NCBI GenBank assembly: GCA_002011125.2
Contig: MTMF02000009.1
Span: 32,001-96,000 of the forward strand
Reading direction: 5' to 3'
Source: Candidatus Hydrothermarchaeum profundi
GTDB taxonomy: Archaea > Hydrothermarchaeota > Hydrothermarchaeia > Hydrothermarchaeales > Hydrothermarchaeaceae
DNA: 64,000 nucleotides
Positions within the stretch are counted from its first letter, which is position 1; each line of letters begins with the position of its first letter. This document shows positions 48,271 to 57,390 of the stretch, piece by piece. Below the pieces are notes generated by a model that made no database searches, had not been told where the DNA came from, and worked only from the letters and a program-made list of their open reading frames with translations. The position numbers and the translations under genes were made by a program.

Positions 48271-49557
48271 ATGGAAGAAAAGGAAAGTTCTGCAATAGCG
48301 TGGTTGCTCGAAGTTTCTTCAGTTTCTTCTAATAAATATATGGATATCGAGGCACCACAACTGGGTTGTAAAAAAATTATAGGTTCTAATTCGCCAGATT
48401 TTTTAGAGAAAATCAGAGAAGATTTTCCAGATATACATAAAGTTGCTAAGCGTAATTTTAAAAATTTAGCTGTTAGCTTTTCCGGCGGAAAAGATAGTTT
48501 AGTGGTTCTTGACTTAGCAGAGCGTGTGGGAATAAAAAAAGCTGTATTTTCGAATACAACTATTGAGTTTGACCAAACCGTAGATTACGTAGAGTTTTTG
48601 AACGATTTTTATAGTTTAAATATTGACATCGTAACTCCCCCACGTAATTTCTTTGAGTTAGTTGAAGACTTAGGATTCCCTTCTAGACGTTTTAGGTGGT
48701 GTTGTGAAGTAATTAAATTTGGACCTTTAGCAAAGTATGCTAGAGAGAATAACATAGATGGCTTCATCACTGGATTACGAAAAGAAGAATCCACTAGGAG
48801 GAAAGGTTATCAAAAGATAGACTATAATCCTGTTGTTCCTGTACCTCAGATAAATCCAATCCTAGATTGGTCGGAATCAGATGTGTGGAACTATATTAAA
48901 ACATATAAGTTACCATATAACCCTTTATATGATTATTTTGACAGGATAGGTTGCTGGTGCTGTCCTTATAGGACAAAAAAAGAGTGGGAAAAAATGAAAG
49001 CGATAATACCAGATAAAATTAAAAAACTTGAGGATAGGCTACAGAAATATGCTGAAAAACTAGGTATAGGTGATAAAGAGAAATTTATATATCAGTATGG
49101 TTGGACAGCTTGGACTCCTCCCTTAAAAAAAATAACAAGTGGAGTTTTTTATTCCATTAAAAATTCAAGTTCTGAGAGTATAGAAATTATATTTCTAGGG
49201 GACAGTGAAAGCCAGATAAATAAAATTAAAAATCTACTCTGGATTTTAACAGACGATTATGAAGTAATCGGAGAAGGCTATCATAAAAAAATCAGAATAA
49301 ATCTAGACGGACATCCAAGAAAAAAAATAAAGATTTTAATTGAAAAAGCATTAAATTGTATTAAATGCGGGGCGTGTACTGCGTTATGTGAGAGGAATGC
49401 TTTATATTTAGTAGATAATGGAATAAGCGTTAATCGGAAATTATGTACACATTGTTTAAAATGTTTGAACACTGGTAGTAAGAGTTCAATTAGAGGAGCT
49501 TGTATTGCTAGAAATTATCTCCGTAGTCGAAATACATTAAATCAACTTATAAAATAA
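48271..49557 (+). CDS. PAPS-reductase-family (PP-loop) protein with C-terminal 4Fe-4S ferredoxin domain
   Basis: SFSGGKDS, RWCC...K, GLRKEESTRR, RIGCWCCP, CIKCGACTALC...CTHCLKC. Confidence 0.92.
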   Translation: MEEKESSAIAWLLEVSSVSSNKYMDIEAPQLGCKKIIGSNSPDFLEKIREDFPDIHKVAKRNFKNLAVSFSGGKDSLVVLDLAERVGIKKAVFSNTTIEFDQTVDYVEFLNDFYSLNIDIVTPPRNFFELVEDLGFPSRRFRWCCEVIKFGPLAKYARENNIDGFITGLRKEESTRRKGYQKIDYNPVVPVPQINPILDWSESDVWNYIKTYKLPYNPLYDYFDRIGCWCCPYRTKKEWEKMKAIIPDKIKKLEDRLQKYAEKLGIGDKEKFIYQYGWTAWTPPLKKITSGVFYSIKNSSSESIEIIFLGDSESQINKIKNLLWILTDDYEVIGEGYHKKIRINLDGHPRKKIKILIEKALNCIKCGACTALCERNALYLVDNGISVNRKLCTHCLKCLNTGSKSSIRGACIARNYLRSRNTLNQLIK

Positions 49558-49875
49558 AGATGGAAAATAGTTGGTTATGCGAAAAGTGTATTTTTATTCT
49601 CCTTTATCATCTATACTCCCTGGGTACTGGCGTATCCTCTAGGGCAGTCTTGAGGATGCTGATAGCTTTCTCCTTTATTTCTCTAAGACGCTAGTGTTAT
49701 GCTTCCTTTGACTCAACGGGATAGAGCAAACCTGTAAAGCTTCTCACTTCCTACCTTTAGAAACCTAGAATATGAAACTTTATCCCAAACTGAACGGTCT
49801 GTATAAGAATTTGTGGAACTCTGCAATCGAAACTCTTAAATATACATAATATATATAAATGTATACTATTTGTAT

Positions 49876-50088
49876 ATGACAAAAGATAATATTGTGCATA
49901 TTCGCTTGGAAGATTCACATAAAAAGTTGCTTGATGAATTCCAGCCTTACTTTGGAAATTCCACTGGTAAGGTAATAGTAAATTTAGCATTAAGATGGAT
50001 TGAAGCTAATTTAACTAACCCAAATATTGTAGAGCTAGCTAAGAAAAAAGCGATTAAGCTACAGGTGGGAGGAAGAGATAGTGAATAA
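49876..50088 (+). CDS. RHH-like regulator
   Basis: IVHIRL...LLD.....FG.S...V; TATACAT/ATGTATA inverted repeat upstream (49841-49865). Confidence 0.75.
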   Translation: MTKDNIVHIRLEDSHKKLLDEFQPYFGNSTGKVIVNLALRWIEANLTNPNIVELAKKKAIKLQVGGRDSE

Positions 50089-50392
50089 AAAAATTCCTAC
50101 GATCCAGGTAATAACCAAGAAAATTAATGTCAAGAAATTCATTGAGGACGAGTTCTATTATGACCGTAAGGAGAAGGAGATCAGAAGAGAGGTTAAGAGA
50201 AACGCTGACATCGTGATCGTCAATTTAAAGCCCGACCAGAAGATCAAGGACCTATGGGTGCTGGAGATGTTGTTGCATCTCCAACGTGAGTTCTCCGACA
50301 TAGTGATTATACCAGACTCGGATATGCCTATTGAGGAGCTCGAGGACTGGTTTGGGATATTCAGACCAAAGGAGGTATTGAAAGCCTGTTAG
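50081..50392 (+). CDS. Short protein resembling the N-terminal barrel segment of the adjacent TGT-fold protein
   Basis: LEMLLHLQREFSDIVIIPD aligns with LEKLLKAQVESNAQVLEIPN. Confidence 0.55.
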   Translation: MNKKIPTIQVITKKINVKKFIEDEFYYDRKEKEIRREVKRNADIVIVNLKPDQKIKDLWVLEMLLHLQREFSDIVIIPDSDMPIEELEDWFGIFRPKEVLKAC

Positions 50393-51480
50393 ACCAGTTT
50401 TGAGAAAAACTCGTAAGCATAATATTTACTTTCTATGTATTGAAGGGCGGATTCTCTGGGATCATTTATCAGCTCTCTAAGTTTTTGGGATTCTCTATTA
50501 TACGCTACAGCCTCATGTGCTCTTGTGAAGTAAGGTTCTTGGCTATAATTCTCTATGATGTCTATCATTGTATACCTTCCGCAAAAAGGACATTCACAGT
50601 AATCAGACAAATACAAATCCCTGCCCTCATTCAATTCTGCCATAAACCCCCATGGATAGGTCCCGTAATCCGTTGGATTATAGTAGCGATGCCGTTCCAT
50701 AGCGGTCTTTTTACTTGGAGCACCTCTGCCGAGTTTCACGGGAAAGCTGATCGTATCGATTCCAAACCTATTAATACCGATGCCAGGGGTTCCATCTCTC
50801 TCAATAAGCTTATAACTTCTTGGAGTTGAAAACGAGTGAACCCAGACCTTCTTTTTTTTGTTTTTCCTTAGCAGATCTCTAACACCGTAAAGGAGTCTTT
50901 TTATTACTCTCTGCTCTCTCAGATTAACGCCTACACAGTCAATCCAGTTCATCTTCTTGTTAATCAAGTCAAAATCACTTTTTTTACATGCAACGGCCAT
51001 TATCGGCCTTCCGCCTCCATATCTCTTAAAATACTTAATACCACTAATAAGGGCTTGTGAATAATTCTGGTTGTTGAAAAAATTGGGGATTTCTAGGACT
51101 TGAGCATTTGATTCAACTTGAGCTTTCAACAATTTTTCCAAAGTCATTTGATTTAGACTAGTAATGCTTCTGGGGAACTCGAAATGGATAATTCTAGTAT
51201 TTACAGACTCATCTAGTATTTTATTGTTTAGAGCTTCCTTGAAATACTCAAACTTACTATCATCCCTAAGTTGTACAGTCAGATCCTTAGTAATCCAATT
51301 AACCTGCACACCTAAGTTCCTTAAAGGACTAAACGCTGTTCTTGTAATAGGATAAAATTTTTTGATAGAAGTTATATCAGTCTGAGTCAAGAAGTTTGTA
51401 GGAGTTTTGATTTCAAAGCCGCCTATATTTAAGATACCGCTACGGCCGCCTTGTTCGGCCGCAACCACATCGAACAACAT
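50389..51480 (-). CDS. Divergent tRNA-guanine transglycosylase-fold protein with degenerate catalytic motifs
   Basis: GGRSGIL...IKTP, WVHSF, GIDTIS, CECPFC...RAHE Zn site; no DSGG motif. Confidence 0.78.
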   Translation of the reverse strand: MLFDVVAAEQGGRSGILNIGGFEIKTPTNFLTQTDITSIKKFYPITRTAFSPLRNLGVQVNWITKDLTVQLRDDSKFEYFKEALNNKILDESVNTRIIHFEFPRSITSLNQMTLEKLLKAQVESNAQVLEIPNFFNNQNYSQALISGIKYFKRYGGGRPIMAVACKKSDFDLINKKMNWIDCVGVNLREQRVIKRLLYGVRDLLRKNKKKKVWVHSFSTPRSYKLIERDGTPGIGINRFGIDTISFPVKLGRGAPSKKTAMERHRYYNPTDYGTYPWGFMAELNEGRDLYLSDYCECPFCGRYTMIDIIENYSQEPYFTRAHEAVAYNRESQKLRELINDPRESALQYIESKYYAYEFFSKLV

Positions 51481-51534
51481 CCCATCACCCTAATTTTAAA
51501 ATAGGTATATCTATCTAATAAACTTTTATGTGCC

Positions 51535-51675
51535 TTACTTCTTCTTTTTAGGAACATTCCAGTAAGGAGATTTGCATTTGGGACATACCCGGGGTTCTTC
51601 TTCCTTTCGAGGGATCCACTCGTGACCGCATCTCTCGCATTTATAACCTTCTACAGTGAGTTGTATCTTTCCCAT
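51535..51675 (-). CDS. 46-aa zinc-ribbon protein (not in ORF track)
   Basis: MGKIQLTVEGYKCERCGHEWIPRKEEEPRVCPKCKSPYWNVPKKKK. Confidence 0.85.
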   Translation of the reverse strand: MGKIQLTVEGYKCERCGHEWIPRKEEEPRVCPKCKSPYWNVPKKKK

Positions 51676-51828
51676 GACGGTATAATCTATTACTTTATAA
51701 TATATAAGTCTTACTATATGTTTTTAACCGTAAAATTTAAATACTACTTACTCATATAGTAATATACCACAAAGTAATATATTTAGAGTAATTAGGGGCG
51801 ATGCTCCGCCAAGACGCAATCGCCCCTT

Positions 51829-53217
51829 ATGGAGCCCGAATCCATGAAAGAAACAAGCCCCACAGAGAGAGATATAAGATTTAACGGTGAAAAAGATTTC
51901 TCTAAAGAGCCTGGGAAAAGTTATACCGCTAGTTACAACTTTAAGACCTTCACCTCAAAGATTAGAATTGAGGAGAACAAGAAATCCAGATCTAAACACA
52001 CCGAATATGCTGGCCTTCTTGCTGTAGCAGGGGCTTGGGAAGCTCTAGAGTTAGATCAGCATATACGAGAAGCGGGGATAGTTAAGAAGAGAGGGCATCC
52101 TGCTGAGAGCTTAACTTTTGCCTCTGTAGTAAGACCTTTGATAGAGGCCAAGTCCACGTTGGCGATGAGCGAGAAGCTAAAGAATGACGATTTCCTGACC
52201 AAGTTACGCTTCGGGTCCCCACCTGATCAGCGGACTCATAACAGGTTCATCCAATCCTTAAATCTAGATCAGATAAATTCATTGAATAATTTAGTTGTCC
52301 GAGAATTGCAGAACTTCAAGAAATGGAGGGCCAAGAAAGATGGGTTTTTACTTGTTGATCTCACTGCTATTCACGTTCATGGAAAAAATTATGAGAACGT
52401 AAAGAAGCTCTATGATGCATCATTAGAGAAAGTGGTTACCGGCTATGAACCAATGGTTTTATCATATACGGATGGACATAAATTCTATCCAGTGGCCTTT
52501 CTTACTCAGGAGAAAAAGACAGACTCATTGCCCTCACTCATAAAGAAGTCTTGGAACTTTTTAGGCACTAAGGTAAACAAAATTGTATTTGATGGCGGAT
52601 TCTATAGCATTCCTTTGTTTAACGAGCTGGATGATATGGGCATAATCTTTGTCACCAAGCCTAGGAAAAACTCCCAAGTCTTTTACGGAATCCATATGCT
52701 GACCTTTGAGAAGCTTTCAACCGAGTGGATAAAGAAAGTCAAGTATTCCCGAAAATATGGGTGGCGTTATGCAGAATGGAAGGCATATTTGCCGAGATTT
52801 GGTGAAATCAAAATTGTAAAGCTACTAGATAAAAATCAAGAAGTATTGCTCATTACTAATGACGAAGATATGCCAGCAGAGGAGGTTATAAAGGCCTACA
52901 AGATGCGCTGGCAAACAGAGACAATGTTCAGAGAGTGCAAGCAGAATCTCGGGCTAAACAACCTGCCTACTGGCAAGTTCTCGGGGATTATAGCTCATAT
53001 CTTCTTTGTCTTACTAGGCTACATACTAATATCCCTTTTTAAGAGGGTTGAGAAAGACTTTAACGGTAGAAGCATCTCCACAATTATAAGAATGCTTATC
53101 AGGGTGACCGCAGATATTATAAGGAGTGGAAGGGAGATCGTGGTCTCGATAGTGTGTGGGTTCAAATATTACTATCTCCTCTTCACAGAAAGATTGCGTA
53201 GTCTATTAGAAAAATAA
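51829..53217 (+). mobile_element. IS4-superfamily DDE transposase (IS1634/IS701/ISH3-like)
   Basis: VDLT, VFDGGF, Y..RW..E..FR..KQ (YREK) motif; element ends not resolved. Confidence 0.9.
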
Positions 53218-53232
53218 GGGAGGTGAAATATC

Positions 53233-54588
53233 ATGGTAAAACTAACGTTTCACGGCGGTGTTGGAGAAATTGGTGGGAATAAGATCCTACTCGAAGACGA
53301 AAACACCAGCATCCTATTAGACTTTGGGAAAAACTTTGAGAAGGAGAGAAGATACTACGACGAGCCCTACATAAAACCGAGAGAAGAGAAACATCTCATA
53401 TATCTCGGCCTGCTTCCAAAGATAGAGGGACTATACAAGAAAGATGAGAGAGAACCCTCCATCGACGCTATATTATTTACCCATCCACATGCAGATCACG
53501 TAGACTATGTGAGATATGTAAAAGACTCCATCCCTCTATACTGCGGTGAAACTGCAAAGACAATGATCCTAGCCAAGGAGATGTCAGCTTCAGGGCATCT
53601 AAAAGAATATAAGATTGCAAGGATGACCAGAGACTCCGTGGATGTGCCTAAGACCTTCAAGACGTTCAGAACCGGTGATAAAAAGAGGCTGGGCTCTATT
53701 GAAATCGAGCCGATACACGTCGATCACTCTACTCCGGGGGCCTACGCATATATACTCCACACATCGGGTGGGACAATAGTATATACTGGCGATTTTCGCC
53801 TGCACGGTCCGAGGGCGGAGATGAGCAGGGAGTTCGTCGAAAAAGCCAAGGAGGCATCTCCCGAGGCGCTTATCATCGAGGGGACGAACATAGTTGACGC
53901 AAAGACGGCCACTGAGAAAGAAGTAAAGGAGAAGATAAGTCGCATAGTCTCGGATGCCCCCCGGCTCGTATTAGCTGGATTCAGCCTAAACGACATTGAT
54001 AGGCTAAAGACGTTCTACGAAGTTGCAAAGAAGAACGGGAGAAAGCTGGCCATGTCGATGAAACAGGCCTACATCGTATATAGGTTGAGAGAAGAGAGCT
54101 TCCCCATATTCAGGTTAAACGATCCAAATATACTCATCTTTCAGAGGGAAAAAAGAACAACCTATAAGTGGGAGAAAGAGGTCATCGACAATTTCAGCGA
54201 TAATGTTGCTACAGGTAGAGATATAAACGCCATGCAGGGGGAAGTGCTCCTCGCAGCGTCCTTCTATGACATGAACGAGATGGTTGAGATCCTGCCTGAA
54301 AGTGGGAGCATATACATCCTCTCGCAGAGTGAGCCCTTTAACGAGGAGATGGAGATAAACCATGAGAAGATGCTAAACTGGCTGGAGAGATGCGGGCTAC
54401 CCCTATACCAAGTCCATGCCTCAGGACATGCAGACCCGCATCAGCTTAAATGGGCGATCTCCGAGATAGGTGCGAAAAAAGTCTTCACCATACACACAGA
54501 AAGACCAAGGCTAATGGCAAGATACATGTCTGACCTAGATACAGAAATAATCTCCCCGACAGAAGGCGAAATGTATGCTGTCGAATAG
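53233..54588 (+). CDS. MBL-fold/beta-CASP hydrolase (RNase J-like)
   Basis: GGVGEIGGN, THPHADH, VDHS, YTGDFR, IEGT, HASGHA, IHTE. Confidence 0.92.
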   Translation: MVKLTFHGGVGEIGGNKILLEDENTSILLDFGKNFEKERRYYDEPYIKPREEKHLIYLGLLPKIEGLYKKDEREPSIDAILFTHPHADHVDYVRYVKDSIPLYCGETAKTMILAKEMSASGHLKEYKIARMTRDSVDVPKTFKTFRTGDKKRLGSIEIEPIHVDHSTPGAYAYILHTSGGTIVYTGDFRLHGPRAEMSREFVEKAKEASPEALIIEGTNIVDAKTATEKEVKEKISRIVSDAPRLVLAGFSLNDIDRLKTFYEVAKKNGRKLAMSMKQAYIVYRLREESFPIFRLNDPNILIFQREKRTTYKWEKEVIDNFSDNVATGRDINAMQGEVLLAASFYDMNEMVEILPESGSIYILSQSEPFNEEMEINHEKMLNWLERCGLPLYQVHASGHADPHQLKWAISEIGAKKVFTIHTERPRLMARYMSDLDTEIISPTEGEMYAVE

Positions 54589-54766
54589 TTGGGACTTTAA
54601 AAGCTATTTCGCACATTCTTCTCTCTAAATAAAATTCTTATAAGGTTATTTTTTAGTAAAATGTAAATATATTGCTTAAATATAATTTTTTACTATTGAT
54701 TCTGGAGGTAAGGTAACATGGGTGAGATAACTAAAAAGGAATTTAGGCCTTTAAGTTTAATAGACC

Positions 54767-55018
54767 ATGAAGCTTTTATTAATGAAAAAGGGTTTGAAAA
54801 TACCACAGAAAATCAACGGTGCTAGTATACTAATGGTACCTATTTACATTATAGCAGGGTATGTATTCATCCCTTGGAGACTTTCAGACGCAGTTTATTC
54901 AAAGACGAGAAAATTACAAATTCTTGGAGCATTCAAAGACCTATTTCTATATACTGCTACTGCTATGTTGATTGGTCTAGCATGGCCTCTCTACATAATA
55001 GGGAAAATCAAAAAATAA
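54767..55018 (+). CDS. Small membrane hypothetical protein
   Basis: Two hydrophobic segments; start uncertain. Confidence 0.4.
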   Translation: MKLLLMKKGLKIPQKINGASILMVPIYIIAGYVFIPWRLSDAVYSKTRKLQILGAFKDLFLYTATAMLIGLAWPLYIIGKIKK

Positions 55019-55208
55019 AAAAGCTCTTCAATGGGAAAGGAGATCCCTCACATAATGGAATTGCCCCAAAAATTCTTCTACTACTTAGGAAATCCTAACC
55101 CAAAAACTAAGAGCTATTTACTTTTACTTCTAACCTACATAGAATTACTCGCCACTACTTTCCCTCTATAATTTGATCTTCGTCCTCTCCCGTCGTATTC
55201 TAACACAG

Positions 55209-55412
55209 CTAAGCCTTTCGAATATTCAAGCTTGAATCATAGGCATAAAAGCCAGGGATTGAAAATCCACTATTTTGGACGAGTATTTTTGCTTGAGATA
55301 TAGAATATTCTGGCACCACTAGATAAAAACGATTCTTCCTTTGGCCAGGATTTATCACCACATGACAATCAGGGTTATTAGACTTTAGCCAAGATTTTAC
55401 TTTTCTAACCAT
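55209..55412 (-). CDS. Small hypothetical protein
   Basis: 67-aa ORF with no recognised motif. Confidence 0.4.
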   Translation of the reverse strand: MVRKVKSWLKSNNPDCHVVINPGQRKNRFYLVVPEYSISQAKILVQNSGFSIPGFYAYDSSLNIRKA

Positions 55413-55559
55413 TCTATCATGCAGTTCTTAGTTTCGAGGGCTTCTCTTAACCGCCATATTCACTACCTCTCTAAACTATTAGATCTCTGAAAAGTTAAGT
55501 ATCTTTCAAAATCCGGAGAAAAATATTAATTTATAGAAATTGTTCTTTATCAAGCCCAA

Positions 55560-55904
55560 TCATTTCCATAGTTTTTCCCATCGTTGATCTGAGCGTATTT
55601 CGTCCAAGGTATCTGCTAAACTACTCAAGTGTTCTCCAACGGTCTTAAGATTATCAGTGGCCTCATCTACGTGCCCTACAACATCCTCTAAATTTTGTGT
55701 AGCATCTCTGATATACTCTCCAACTTCTTCTAAGTTCTCAGTAGCATTTTGTAATACATTCACCACCCGCTCTAGTAATTTCAAGGCTTTACCAATCTGT
55801 CTCCCTGTCTGCCAAGTAAGATAAGCATATACCAGAGTAGCGATTGCCAATACACCTGTAAATCCAGCCAACACCCATGTTGCTAATTCCAGTTCTCCGT
55901 CCAT
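55560..55904 (-). CDS. TM-anchored coiled-coil protein with 14-aa repeats
   Basis: TM followed by three repeats of xxATxNLExVxxx. Confidence 0.75.
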   Translation of the reverse strand: MDGELELATWVLAGFTGVLAIATLVYAYLTWQTGRQIGKALKLLERVVNVLQNATENLEEVGEYIRDATQNLEDVVGHVDEATDNLKTVGEHLSSLADTLDEIRSDQRWEKLWK

Positions 55905-56177
55905 GACAGTAAATATTAATATCCATTATAAAAAATATCCATCATAGTTAGGATGTAAAACAACCATATAAATCTCTCTATTTCTCGATTTTTCAATGTT
56001 TACATTTATAAATTAGATATAAAATCTAAGCAAACATACGTAGGTAGCAAAACAAGCTTGTTAGGAACTTCAGGGGCAACTCTTATATACGTCTAAAGCT
56101 AAATTTTAGGCGTGAAACCATTAAATTAGGTTGTGAAAAAGCCAATTCAATAAAAATCAAAGTTTTGAGTAAATGAT

Positions 56178-56660
56178 ATGGCCAAAATTAATGATGCTCC
56201 TCCAGAGATATTCAAAGCGGATAATTTATTACAAAAAATCTTAAAAGAAGCAGAGCCTGCAAAAGACATGTTATTGGAGAGGCTTCGCACTTTACCACGC
56301 TACGAATCACACTTAGATGCTCCTTCTTTACCGGGTGTCTATGTGATATGGGATGGAAAGAGGGTGGTTTATGCTGGTAGCTCAGGACACGGGGAAAAGA
56401 CTGGTCTTAGGCAAAGGCTCTATAGGGTATTAAAACGCACGGGGCTGAGTCCTTTGAGGAAAGGCATAGCTAGAGACATAGGCCATCCAGAATATCAACC
56501 TAAGTCGAGAGGCCCAAGAAATCCAGAAATCGAGGAGAAAATAGACGATAGAGTTAGCTCATTGGTGTTTTCTTATATTGAAGCTAGTGATAGTAAATCT
56601 GCAAGGAATTTGGAACGCCTCATTATATCGCTTCTGGATCCAAAGTATAATAAGGGATAG
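56178..56660 (+). CDS. GIY-YIG nuclease
   Basis: PGVYVIW....VVYAGSS....LRQRL...E...I..L.PKYN. Confidence 0.88.
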   Translation: MAKINDAPPEIFKADNLLQKILKEAEPAKDMLLERLRTLPRYESHLDAPSLPGVYVIWDGKRVVYAGSSGHGEKTGLRQRLYRVLKRTGLSPLRKGIARDIGHPEYQPKSRGPRNPEIEEKIDDRVSSLVFSYIEASDSKSARNLERLIISLLDPKYNKG

Positions 56661-56755
56661 AAATTCCTTAAGATCTAGTTGACGGTTCCATTAAATTTCG
56701 AAAGGAACCATAAAGACGAAGAGGTGATTAAAAGATTTAAAAGGGGCGAAGGGAG

Positions 56756-57295
56756 ATGCCAAAGGAGTCAGAATGGCATAGAGAAGTTCGAGGGAAAATC
56801 GAGCGACATTTAAAGAACAAAAATATTAAATTCAAATCCTCGCATTCCGGGGTCAAAGTCCCCTTATTTATAGACTTTAGTGACACTTCTAGGAGTAACC
56901 AATTGTCAGATGCAGATTTCATAATAATAAAAAACAAAACAATAAAATTCATCATTGAAATTGAGAAAGGGGCACCGACCCCAAAAAAGCTTATGGGTAT
57001 TATAACGGCGGCCAATCTCTCAACCGCTTATAAAAGACAGGAAGAAAAATTCAAGATTCAAAATGCAAAATTGTTCATAGTAACGGGAGATAAGGAGACG
57101 AATAAAATGAATAAACCTAAAAGCAAGAAGCTAGAGCAGTACCACAATATCAAGAAACATCTTAAATTGACCAAGGGTTCTCTGGTAGGGTTTGACATAC
57201 TTACACTTATGGGCAAAAAAGATTTAGAGAAAATATATAGCGAAATAGACAGCATTATAAAAGTACCTCTGAGAAAAGAAGACAAAATGCCCTAA
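56756..57295 (+). CDS. PD-(D/E)XK-like nuclease-fold protein
   Basis: N-terminal H, SDADFIII, FIIEIEK. Confidence 0.6.
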   Translation: MPKESEWHREVRGKIERHLKNKNIKFKSSHSGVKVPLFIDFSDTSRSNQLSDADFIIIKNKTIKFIIEIEKGAPTPKKLMGIITAANLSTAYKRQEEKFKIQNAKLFIVTGDKETNKMNKPKSKKLEQYHNIKKHLKLTKGSLVGFDILTLMGKKDLEKIYSEIDSIIKVPLRKEDKMP

Positions 57296-57339
57296 AAAGA
57301 TTACAAAAGATTAGAGAAGTTGTTTGTGACAAATTTTTG

Positions 57340-57358
57340 CACAACTGCCTAATCTTTG
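57340..57358. repeat. Right arm of the 19-bp perfect inverted repeat
   Basis: CACAACTGCCTAATCTTTG; also pairs imperfectly with 57304-57323 (CAAAAGATTAGAGAAGTTGT). Confidence 0.9.
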
Positions 57359-57390
57359 TAATATATATACTTTTGGTAAGGAATTGAAAA

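Noticed and set aside
43346-49557. Canonical Wadjet, Lamassu, DndABCDE or Mre11-Rad50 assignment
   Set aside because: No TOPRIM JetD, LmuA-type effector, DndB/DndE or Mre11 phosphoesterase is recognisable; the SMC is short with a non-canonical LSTSE signature.
49570-49760. Decayed ORF fragment on the minus strand after the PAPS reductase gene
   Set aside because: Multiple stops and no identifiable family.
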